Assembly (NCBI GenBank): GCA_016182485.1
Contig: JACPGH010000003.1
Span: forward strand, 6,331 to 70,330
Direction: 5' to 3'
From: Candidatus Kaiserbacteria bacterium
GTDB lineage: Bacteria; Patescibacteriota; Minisyncoccia; Phycocordibacterales; Phycocordibacteraceae
DNA length: 64,000 nt
Under the pieces are notes generated by a model. That model had not been told where the DNA came from. It saw nothing but the letters and a program-made list of their open reading frames with translations, and did no database searches. Made by a program: the position numbers and the translations under genes. Of this stretch, positions 29,498-36,280 are shown in pieces; position 1 is the stretch's first letter, and each line of letters starts with the position of its first letter.

Positions 29498-30331
29498 ATG
29501 TCGCGCGGCGAGGTGCGAATAGGGACGTCCGGGTGGATGTACAAAGATTGGGGTAAAGAATTCTATCCGTCCGGGATGAGGGAGGGTTTCCTGACGTATT
29601 TGGCAGGCGAATTCGACACGGTCGAGATAAACAATTCTTTCTACCATCTGCCGCTCATGAAGACCTTTTCGGCATGGAGGGCTCAAACTCCGGAGCATTT
29701 CCTGTTCGCCGTAAAATTATCGCGTTATATCACGCATAGGAATTTGCCGAGCGCGCGGCAGCCGCTTTTCCGCTTTCTCTCGCACGCGAAGCGGCTGGAG
29801 CATAAACTGGGGCCGATTCTGGTCCAACTCCCGCCCTGGAAGAAATTTTCCGAGGAATGGCTCGGCCGTTTCCTAACGGATGTACAGGCGGCTGCGCAGC
29901 GCGCGCGTATTTCTCCGAGATTCGCTCTTGAACCCAGGCACGCGAGCTGGCTTGAGAATATTGAAACCGTTCGCGAACGACTTCGAGAGGTAAACATAGC
30001 GCTCGCCCAGCACCAAACTGGGTTTGGTGCTGGGCTCGTCTTCCCGCATTCCGCAAAGATACCTTCCATTCCGCCGGACGAGGCAAACATAACCGCAGAT
30101 TTCGCCTATGTCCGTTTCCACGGCCCTTCCGAATTCGCCGCTTCCCGCTACGGGGAGAAGCGCTTAAAGCCGTGGGCGGAACGGATCAGCAAATGGCAGG
30201 AAAAGGGGGTTCAGATATTTTGCTATTTCAATAACGACGTGCATGGACATGCCGTCCATGACGCGCGCACGTTAAAGCAGCTTGTAGGCATCAGCGAGCC
30301 TCGCGCGAGAACTCTTTTTCAAGACGGGTAA
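29498..30331 (+). CDS. DUF72 (YecE-like) family protein
   Basis: IGTSGWMYKDW...FYP...VEINNSFY is the DUF72 N-terminal signature. Start at MSRGEV. Confidence 0.8.
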   Translation: MSRGEVRIGTSGWMYKDWGKEFYPSGMREGFLTYLAGEFDTVEINNSFYHLPLMKTFSAWRAQTPEHFLFAVKLSRYITHRNLPSARQPLFRFLSHAKRLEHKLGPILVQLPPWKKFSEEWLGRFLTDVQAAAQRARISPRFALEPRHASWLENIETVRERLREVNIALAQHQTGFGAGLVFPHSAKIPSIPPDEANITADFAYVRFHGPSEFAASRYGEKRLKPWAERISKWQEKGVQIFCYFNNDVHGHAVHDARTLKQLVGISEPRARTLFQDG

Positions 30332-32138
30332 CGGCCTCCTTAAGGTCCACGCTTTGTGCAAGCATCGGCCGCATCAGGTCGCCTTTCTTCTTGAGCCTTT
30401 CCAAAATCGTTTTGATATTGAACTTCTTTGGCTCGAGGCCCTTCTTCACCTCCCGCCACTCTAGTGGCGTGGAAACAGTCGCGCCGGCGAAAGGGCGCAG
30501 AGAGTAGGGAGCCGCGACGGTTTGCCCATAGCGGTTTTGCAGGTAGTCGAGATATATCTTGTCTTTGCGTTTCTTGGGCGAACGCTCGATGCTCGTTATG
30601 TCGGGCAGTTTACGATGCGCCAGCCGCATGATTAGTTCCGCAAAATCTTTCACCGCCTCATAGGGATACCGCCCGCCGAGCGGCACGAGGATATGCAGTC
30701 CTGTTTTGCCGCTCGTTTTGGGGTAGGAGCGCGCGCCGGCTTTCGCAAGTAGGCGGTTGATTTCGCCTGCGACCGCGATCACGTCCTCGAACGGACGTCC
30801 GTTCGGATCGATATCGAATATCATGAAATCCGGCTTCTCGAGATTCCCGACCCGCGAACTCCACGGGTTGATCTCGATACAGCCGAGATTCGCCATGTAG
30901 AGAAGAGTTTCTTTGTTGTTACAGACTAGATACTCGATCTTTTTCCGGTTCGTATCCGACCAGATCTTTACGCTCTGCGCGAAAGGCGGCACCGCGCCCG
31001 ATATGTCTTTCTGGAAAAAACTCTTGCCCTGCCAGCCGTTCGGATGGCGGTTCAGGTTTTCGGGCCGGCCTTTAAGATAAGGCAGGATGGTCTCGGCCAG
31101 GCGGTCGTAATACTCGATAAGGTCGCCTTTGGTGTAGCCTTCTTCCGGCCAAAAAACTTTATCAAGATTGCTGAAGTGCGGGCTTTTTACTTTTTCTGCC
31201 GCCTCATTCCTCGGGAATTCTCGCACCACTTCCTCGGGCTTTTTATCAATGCGAAGGCCGGCGTATACGGGATGGCGCATGTACCCCTCCGGCGTCCATT
31301 CTGAAAACGCGCTTTCGATTACATATTTCGGGTTCACCCAAGTGATCGGGGAGTTGATCGGCACGCGCTCTTTGAGAGGCGCTGTATTCCGGACTGTTTT
31401 CGACAATGTAGCGTGGAGCTCGGCGAGTTCGCGGTCGGTAAAGCCGCCTCCCGAATGGCCGATATACCTGAGCCGCCCGTTCTCGTATGCGCCGAGCACG
31501 AGAGCGCCTAAGTGCTTGCGCGAGCCGCGCGGCTTCGTGAAGCCGATAATGACGGCTTCCTGTGTATTGAGATTCTTTACTTTGAGCCAGTCCCCGCCGC
31601 GAACTCCCTCGCGATAGGGACTTTTCGGATCCTTAGCCACCATGCCCTCGAGCCCGTGCGCGCGCATGAGGTCGAAGAATTTCTTGCCGTGGTTTTCGGC
31701 GTGTTCGCTAAAAAGCAGGTGTGCGTCGTGCGGCAATATCTCGCGCAGGCGCTTCTTGCGCTCGGAGAGCGGCTTCTGGCGCAGGTCCTCTCCGTCAAAA
31801 TAGAGCAAATCGAATACCGCGTATTGGAGTGGGGAGGGCACATGCTCATAGTCTTGCAGCGCGTGAAAGTCCGGTCTGCCATCCTTAAGCGCGATGATTT
31901 CTCCATCGAGCACGCAAGTATGACGGATCTTCTTAAGGGCTCCCGCGATCGGCGCATACCGTTTTGAGAAATCAATGCCGTGGCGCGAGTAGAGCCGTAC
32001 GGAACCGGACTCGATCTCGGCAATGGCGCGGTAGCCGTCCCATTTCGTTTCGAAGTACCAGCCGTCTTTATCGAACGGCTCGCGAACCAGGGTCGCGAGC
32101 ATCGGGCGCACGCGCCGCGGCATTTGCGCGCGCGTCAT
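30291..32138 (-). CDS. ligD: ATP-dependent DNA ligase LigD, ligase + polymerase (PolDom) domains
   Basis: KWDGYR (KxDG) ligase motif in the N-terminal half; LigD primase-polymerase domain in the C-terminal half. Start at MTRAQMP, a 4-nt overlap with the upstream PE ORF. Confidence 0.85.
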   Translation of the reverse strand: MTRAQMPRRVRPMLATLVREPFDKDGWYFETKWDGYRAIAEIESGSVRLYSRHGIDFSKRYAPIAGALKKIRHTCVLDGEIIALKDGRPDFHALQDYEHVPSPLQYAVFDLLYFDGEDLRQKPLSERKKRLREILPHDAHLLFSEHAENHGKKFFDLMRAHGLEGMVAKDPKSPYREGVRGGDWLKVKNLNTQEAVIIGFTKPRGSRKHLGALVLGAYENGRLRYIGHSGGGFTDRELAELHATLSKTVRNTAPLKERVPINSPITWVNPKYVIESAFSEWTPEGYMRHPVYAGLRIDKKPEEVVREFPRNEAAEKVKSPHFSNLDKVFWPEEGYTKGDLIEYYDRLAETILPYLKGRPENLNRHPNGWQGKSFFQKDISGAVPPFAQSVKIWSDTNRKKIEYLVCNNKETLLYMANLGCIEINPWSSRVGNLEKPDFMIFDIDPNGRPFEDVIAVAGEINRLLAKAGARSYPKTSGKTGLHILVPLGGRYPYEAVKDFAELIMRLAHRKLPDITSIERSPKKRKDKIYLDYLQNRYGQTVAAPYSLRPFAGATVSTPLEWREVKKGLEPKKFNIKTILERLKKKGDLMRPMLAQSVDLKEAVTRLEKEFSREAR

Positions 32139-32722
32139 GGCCGCTTCGAGTCGCGCGGGAGCTTCTTGCCGGTCTTCACCGATTTCGTATCTTTTGTGAC
32201 GTCTTTCGCGCTCGCGTATTTGTCCTTTTCTTTGATCAAGAGCCAAGCATTGTCCTTCCCGCCCTTCTGATTTCGGATTTTCACGAGCGCGAAGCCGCCT
32301 TGGAGCTTTTTGCCGAGCAGGACGAATTTAAGCTCTCCTTCGCCGTACCCCTGTCTAAGCTTTTCGCGGCTCTCTTTCGGGTCGGCCGTTTCGCTCGAGG
32401 TATACAGCCCCTCGTCCCAGACTATGACGTCTCCCGCGCCGTACTCTCCCTCCGGAATGACGCCCTCGAAATCTTTGTATGAATACGGGTGGTCCTCGAC
32501 CTCCATCGCGAGCCGCTTGTCGGCCGGATTGAGCGACGGGCCTTTCGGCACGGCCCAGCTCTTCAGTACGCCGTCTAGCTCGAGGCGGAAATCGTAATGC
32601 AGGCGCGAAGCGTCGTGCTTCTGCACGACGAAATGAAGTGCTCCCGTCCGTGAAGCTTTTTGCGGTTTGGGTTCCGGTGTTTTAGAGAATTTGCGTTTCT
32701 TTTTATATTCAGCTAACGGCAT
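32135..32722 (-). CDS. LigD 3'-phosphoesterase (PE) domain protein, separate ORF
   Basis: HYDFRLE and SWAVPKG motifs of the LigD PE domain. Lys-rich C-terminal tail. Confidence 0.8.
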   Translation of the reverse strand: MPLAEYKKKRKFSKTPEPKPQKASRTGALHFVVQKHDASRLHYDFRLELDGVLKSWAVPKGPSLNPADKRLAMEVEDHPYSYKDFEGVIPEGEYGAGDVIVWDEGLYTSSETADPKESREKLRQGYGEGELKFVLLGKKLQGGFALVKIRNQKGGKDNAWLLIKEKDKYASAKDVTKDTKSVKTGKKLPRDSKRP

Positions 32723-32740
32723 GCTCCTATTTTAGTGGCC

Positions 32741-32768
32741 TTGACATGGTAAAGCAAGTGTGTATACT
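32741..32768 (+). promoter_or_regulatory. Sigma70 promoter (TTGACA-N16-TATACT) for the DGR target gene, divergent from ligD
   Basis: Read directly. AGAGGAG Shine-Dalgarno 8 nt before the ATG at 32843. Confidence 0.55.
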
Positions 32769-32842
32769 ATAAAAAGCTAATGAACGCGGTTCCCGTGTTC
32801 AGGGCAGCTATGTACTTTCGTGCTTTCAGAGGAGATGACGCC

Positions 32843-33475
32843 ATGGCGAAAGCTGTGTCCCCATCCGCAGTGAATCCCATTAGCATTGGGCAGGCCGCGA
32901 AGTTCCTCGACCTGCAGATGGCCGCGCTACGCAAGAGCGGCCTGCCGAGCGGACCAACGCAGCAGGTGCTCGAGAGCCAGGGCGCCGCTCTGGCCGACGA
33001 GTTCGTCACATTGGTCCGTAGGCGCGTCGAGGCAATCTCGGATCTAATCGTCCGCGTCGTCGCGAAGGTCGACCGCTCGCGCACGCCGCAGGAGGCACTC
33101 GACGCGACTGGTCGAACGCAGTACGTCGACCGCGGTGTCGCGAAGGCGATGCCGCGTGGCACGGGCGAGGGTGCCAAGACGGAATTTTTCGAGCTCGATC
33201 TCTCGCGGCGCGGCGGATGGATCAGCGACTCTGACCTCGACAAGGAGTACGCGCTCCGTGGCCTCGTCCCCGAGGATCCTTACTCGCTCGCGGCACAGAA
33301 CGAGGCTGATCCGGCCTTCGCCGACGAGCACCCCAACGCCACGCACTGGAAGGATGCGAATGGCAGTTGGTGTTACGCGGCGTTCTTCCTCTGGCGCGAT
33401 GAGCGCTACGTGCGCGTCCACCGCTGCGACAGCGACTGGCTCGACCGCTGGTGGTTCGCCGGTCGCCGCAAGTAG
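32843..33475 (+). CDS. DGR target (variable) protein with C-terminal VR
   Basis: The 3' ~100 nt (VR) pair with the downstream TR and differ almost only at TR adenines. The C-terminus ...LWRDERYVRVHRCDSDWLDRWWFAGRRK corresponds to TR-encoded ...LWNDERNLNVNRNDNDWNDNWWFAGRRN. Start could also be 32780 or 32810. Confidence 0.7.
   Translation: MAKAVSPSAVNPISIGQAAKFLDLQMAALRKSGLPSGPTQQVLESQGAALADEFVTLVRRRVEAISDLIVRVVAKVDRSRTPQEALDATGRTQYVDRGVAKAMPRGTGEGAKTEFFELDLSRRGGWISDSDLDKEYALRGLVPEDPYSLAAQNEADPAFADEHPNATHWKDANGSWCYAAFFLWRDERYVRVHRCDSDWLDRWWFAGRRK
33375..33472 (+). repeat. DGR variable repeat (VR)
   Basis: Aligns with 33792-33889. TR AAC codons correspond to VR TAC, CGC, CAC, TGC, AGC, CTC and CGC. 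There are 11 A-site substitutions and one non-A (C to G) change. An identical GC-rich 3' end ctggtggttcgccggtcgccgcaa (IMH-like) is followed by hairpins at 33480-33580. Confidence 0.8.
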
Positions 33476-33791
33476 TTCTAGGGACTCGATCCTCGGTTCT
33501 TTCAGAACCTTGGGATTGAGTCCTTGCATTCGGGCTCCGCATTGCCTCACGGCGTGCGGAGTCCTTTCGTTTTGATACAATCGATAACGGCGCTAGGCGA
33601 ATACGCGGGCGACCACGCGTCTCCCGCTGCCCGCGATCACGGTTTCGAGTAGCGTGGTGTATGTAGACCTTAAAAATTGAAGATACTTGGTGCGGACCTC
33701 TCTGGCATTATAATGCCGAATCAGATACAGCTCGGAGATCGGCAGAGGCCTTCAATGGGCAGTGGTACGGATGGAGGTCCGCACATTGCGA

Positions 33792-33889
33792 CGTTCAACC
33801 TCTGGAACGATGAGCGCAACCTGAACGTCAACCGCAACGACAACGACTGGAACGACAACTGGTGGTTCGCCGGTCGCCGCAACTCTTCA
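33792..33889 (+). repeat. DGR template repeat (TR)
   Basis: AAC-rich (8 AAC codons in the VR reading frame). The overlapping six-frame ORF 33677-33985 is incidental. Confidence 0.8.
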
Positions 33890-34303
33890 TTCCCCGGCCC
33901 CGCCCTCATGCGGGGCTTGGTTTTGTTTGGTCAATTGACCATTCCAGCCGCCGAGCATTCTGCCGACCTCCTCAAGCGGAATTGAGAGAGCGGCGTATCG
34001 CTTTGTCTCGAACGAATTTGTTTCCCAGAGCACCATAAGCAGCAGCTTGACGGTATCGAGCTTGCGGATGGCGAGCCGCACCCACGGTTGCTTCTCACTG
34101 CGCTGCAGGACTCCCGCGAATCCGGCGGCCTCGATAACGTCGATAAACAATGCATCAATGCGGTTGCCGAGCGTGTAGCGGTGGAGCTTCGGGAGTTTCT
34201 GATATTCGTACCAAAGCAGATATGCCGCCTTTAATTTCTGCAAAACCGGAAGAATCGTCGGGGGGGGGGGTTGCTCATGGAGTCTTGCATACGACAATAT
34301 CAT
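33887..34303 (-). CDS. avd: DGR accessory variability determinant (Avd)
   Basis: C-terminus EVGRMLGGWNGQ and the upstream helices match Bordetella phage bAvd (EVGRILGSWIAR..., LPKLHRYTLGNRID versus IPRKHGVAREMF). 139 aa. Contains a PPPP stretch encoded by the C11 run. Confidence 0.8.
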   Translation of the reverse strand: MILSYARLHEQPPPPTILPVLQKLKAAYLLWYEYQKLPKLHRYTLGNRIDALFIDVIEAAGFAGVLQRSEKQPWVRLAIRKLDTVKLLLMVLWETNSFETKRYAALSIPLEEVGRMLGGWNGQLTKQNQAPHEGGAGE

Positions 34304-34744
34304 TTCCGTCGAAAACCTGCTTGCCGCATGGCAGGAATTCGCGAAAGGGAAGCGCAAGAAAAGCGATGTGCAGGAATTCGGGCGATATTTGATGCAGAAT
34401 ATTTTGGAGCTACACCGCGACCTTGCGGCCGGCACCTTTAAACACGGCGGGTGCGGACGATTTCGTTATCCTTTCCGCTGAACGAACACAGCTGCTCGAG
34501 TCTCTACGATATATCGTAGTATTTCTCCGCGCCCGTCTGAAACTCACATTGCATCCCGATAAAGTCTCTGTCTAGAGAAGCGACGATTGCCTCATATCTA
34601 GGCATGCTTCGCCATGGCAATACGAACAAACTGCAACAAGTTCCACTCAATGCCGCTAGACTGCTTTCTCAAGCTTGCGGATCCTGCGCTCGTGATCGAA
34701 AATCCGATCCCTATCTCTATCGTGAGCGTCGGAAAGAGATGTGA
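34222..34744 (+). pseudogene. DGR reverse transcriptase remnant (N-terminal region only; frameshifted, multiple stops, 3' truncated)
   Basis: Frame-0 translation DNIISVENLLAAWQEFAKGKRKKSDVQEFGRYLMQNILELHRDLAAGTFKHG aligns with the bRT N-terminus (DQITTWENLWDAYRKTSHGKRRTWGYLEFKEYDLANLLALQAELKAGNYERG). RP..TH..A (motif 2) is recognisable further on. The ATG at 34222 is in frame only if the G tract were 12 nt. Stops at 34479, 34519, 34558 and 34742. No YxDD region anywhere downstream. Confidence 0.7.
34260..34270. repeat. G11 (C11) homopolymer tract at the divergent Avd / RT 5' ends
   Basis: cgtcgggggggggggttgc read directly. It lies within the Avd N-terminal codons and immediately upstream of the RT homology. 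Confidence 0.9.
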
Positions 34745-34760
34745 GTTCATCCTGAATGTC

Positions 34761-35006
34761 TTAAATCCTATTCTGAACCTTTCCTAACGTACGCTGCACG
34801 TCTCCGAGACGGACATCTATATTATCCATGCGATCATCCATCGCATTAAATCTCTGAGTTGTTCTTCCCTCGAAATTGTCAACGCGTTTCTCTACGGTAT
34901 CAAATCGCTTATCTACGGTATCAAACCGCTCATTCATTACCGCAAGCACTTCGCCGAGTGTCGGTTCGGGTATAGCAGCTTTTCTTATCCGCTTCATGTC
35001 TGCCAT
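34761..35006 (-). CDS. Small coiled-coil protein downstream of ku, containing a 21-bp tandem duplication
   Basis: MADMKRIRK...FDTVDKRFDTVEKRVDNFEGRTTQRFNAMDDRMDNIDVRLGDVQ. The DNA 34895-34936 is two 21-bp units with 2 mismatches. Confidence 0.45.
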   Translation of the reverse strand: MADMKRIRKAAIPEPTLGEVLAVMNERFDTVDKRFDTVEKRVDNFEGRTTQRFNAMDDRMDNIDVRLGDVQRTLGKVQNRI

Positions 35007-35037
35007 TGTATCACCCTCACCAAACGGATTGCGGGTG

Positions 35038-35832
35038 CTACCGCGTTCCGGAGTGGGCGGGGCGGCGCTCTTGCTCAAGGCTCTTGCGCAGGGCTTCCAT
35101 GAGATTCCGCATATCGGTCGGGACGGGAGCTTCTTCTTCGGATACCTTGATCGGCTTGCCTTTCGCCTTGCGGGCGATAACTTTCTTCAGATCGCCGGTA
35201 TAGGTGTCCTTATATTGGCTCGCGTCGAAATGTTCCTCGAGCTGCTTGATGAATGCGACGGTAAGGTCGAATTCTTTGCTTGAAAATTTAGTAGATTCGG
35301 GGATATGCAGGTCTGTAGGCTTGCGTAATTCCTCTTCGAATCGCAGGCGGATGAGCATGAGCGCCTTGCCCTCGGGCTTGAGCATGGCGATATGCTCGCG
35401 GTCTTTCAGAACGAACGTGCCTATGCCGACCTTTTTAGAACGCGCCAGCGCTTCGCGCAGGAGCACGTACGCTTTCTCGGCGCTCGGATCCGGCTCCAGA
35501 TAATACGGCTTTTCTATGAACCGGCTTTCTACCTCCTCCTCGTTCGCGAAGCTCTGCACGTCGATCGTCTTGGTCTTCTTGGGCGCCGCTTTCTCGAAAT
35601 CCTCATCGGTCAGTATCACATAATCGCCCTTCTGATATTCGTAGCCTTTTACGATATCTTCGGGTTTCACCTCCTCATTCGTCCCGCGACATACCTTGAG
35701 GTAGCTGATGGGGCAGTGCCCATGCTTGTCGAGCAGGCGGAACGAGAGCGCCCGCTCCTCGCTCGCGTTGTAAAGCTTTACGGGTATGGATACTAGGCCG
35801 AAAGTAAGCGCGCCTGACCAGATTGCTCTCAT
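35038..35832 (-). CDS. ku: Ku protein (NHEJ DNA end-binding)
   Basis: MRAIWSGALTFGLVSIPVKLY N-terminus and Ku core. Lys-rich C-terminal tail. 264 aa. Confidence 0.9.
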   Translation of the reverse strand: MRAIWSGALTFGLVSIPVKLYNASEERALSFRLLDKHGHCPISYLKVCRGTNEEVKPEDIVKGYEYQKGDYVILTDEDFEKAAPKKTKTIDVQSFANEEEVESRFIEKPYYLEPDPSAEKAYVLLREALARSKKVGIGTFVLKDREHIAMLKPEGKALMLIRLRFEEELRKPTDLHIPESTKFSSKEFDLTVAFIKQLEEHFDASQYKDTYTGDLKKVIARKAKGKPIKVSEEEAPVPTDMRNLMEALRKSLEQERRPAHSGTR

Positions 35833-35911
35833 ATAACTACTATGACCCGCCCCGAATGACGGTTCGATGAATCAGGATAAGTGGAACGTTTTCCACATGG
35901 TCATGGCCATA

Positions 35912-35993
35912 TATACCCCCCTCAGGGTATACTGGCCGTATACCATCTTTCGTATGGAAAAACTTTGACCAATACCCCCATAGGGTATATACT
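35912..35993 (+). promoter_or_regulatory. csoR promoter (TTGACC-N17-TATACT) with two CsoR-type operators (TATACCC-N6-GGGTATA and ATACCC-N5-GGGTAT)
   Basis: Operator 1 is tatacccccctcagggtata (35912-35931). Operator 2 is atacccccatagggtatat (35972-35990) and overlaps the -10 element. Confidence 0.6.
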
Positions 35994-36000
35994 TTGAGAC

Positions 36001-36273
36001 ATGGAATATATGCCCAAAACGGAGAAAGGGAAACTTGTGCGCCGGCTCAAGATTATCGAGGGGCAGGTGCGGGGGCTTGTCGCGATGATCGAACGGGACA
36101 CCTATTGCATCGACGTCATAACTCAGACTTCGGCGGTGAAGCAAGGACTTTCCACGGCAGAGGACCTGCTCATGAGGAATCACCTGAATAACTGCGTCCG
36201 GAACCAAATGTCGTCAGGGCAGGCGCTAAAAGCCGTTAGCGAGGTTATGAAGGTGTATAAATTGAAGAAATAG
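36001..36273 (+). CDS. csoR: Copper-sensing transcriptional repressor CsoR/RcnR family
   Basis: [33 protein letters not shown] with the conserved Cys and His ligand positions. 90 aa. Confidence 0.8.
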   Translation: MEYMPKTEKGKLVRRLKIIEGQVRGLVAMIERDTYCIDVITQTSAVKQGLSTAEDLLMRNHLNNCVRNQMSSGQALKAVSEVMKVYKLKK

Positions 36274-36280
36274 CACTTGC

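Noticed and set aside
33677-33985. 102-aa ORF ending in ...NDNWWFAGRRN that looks like a paralog of the upstream gene
   Set aside because: This is the DGR template repeat read in the VR frame. TRs are non-coding templates, and the similarity to the target C-terminus is by construction.
34470-34750. Possibility that TGA is read through (code 25/4) to rescue the RT
   Set aside because: Other genes in the window (pilB fragment, minor pilins, gatA neighbours) terminate at TGA with consistent gene boundaries. GC content is also unlike Gracilibacteria/SR1. TAA and TAG stops and frameshifts also interrupt the RT.
35872-36207. 111-aa minus-strand ORF upstream of/antisense to csoR
   Set aside because: Overlaps the csoR promoter, operators and CDS on the opposite strand, and has no motifs. 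CsoR on the plus strand is well supported.
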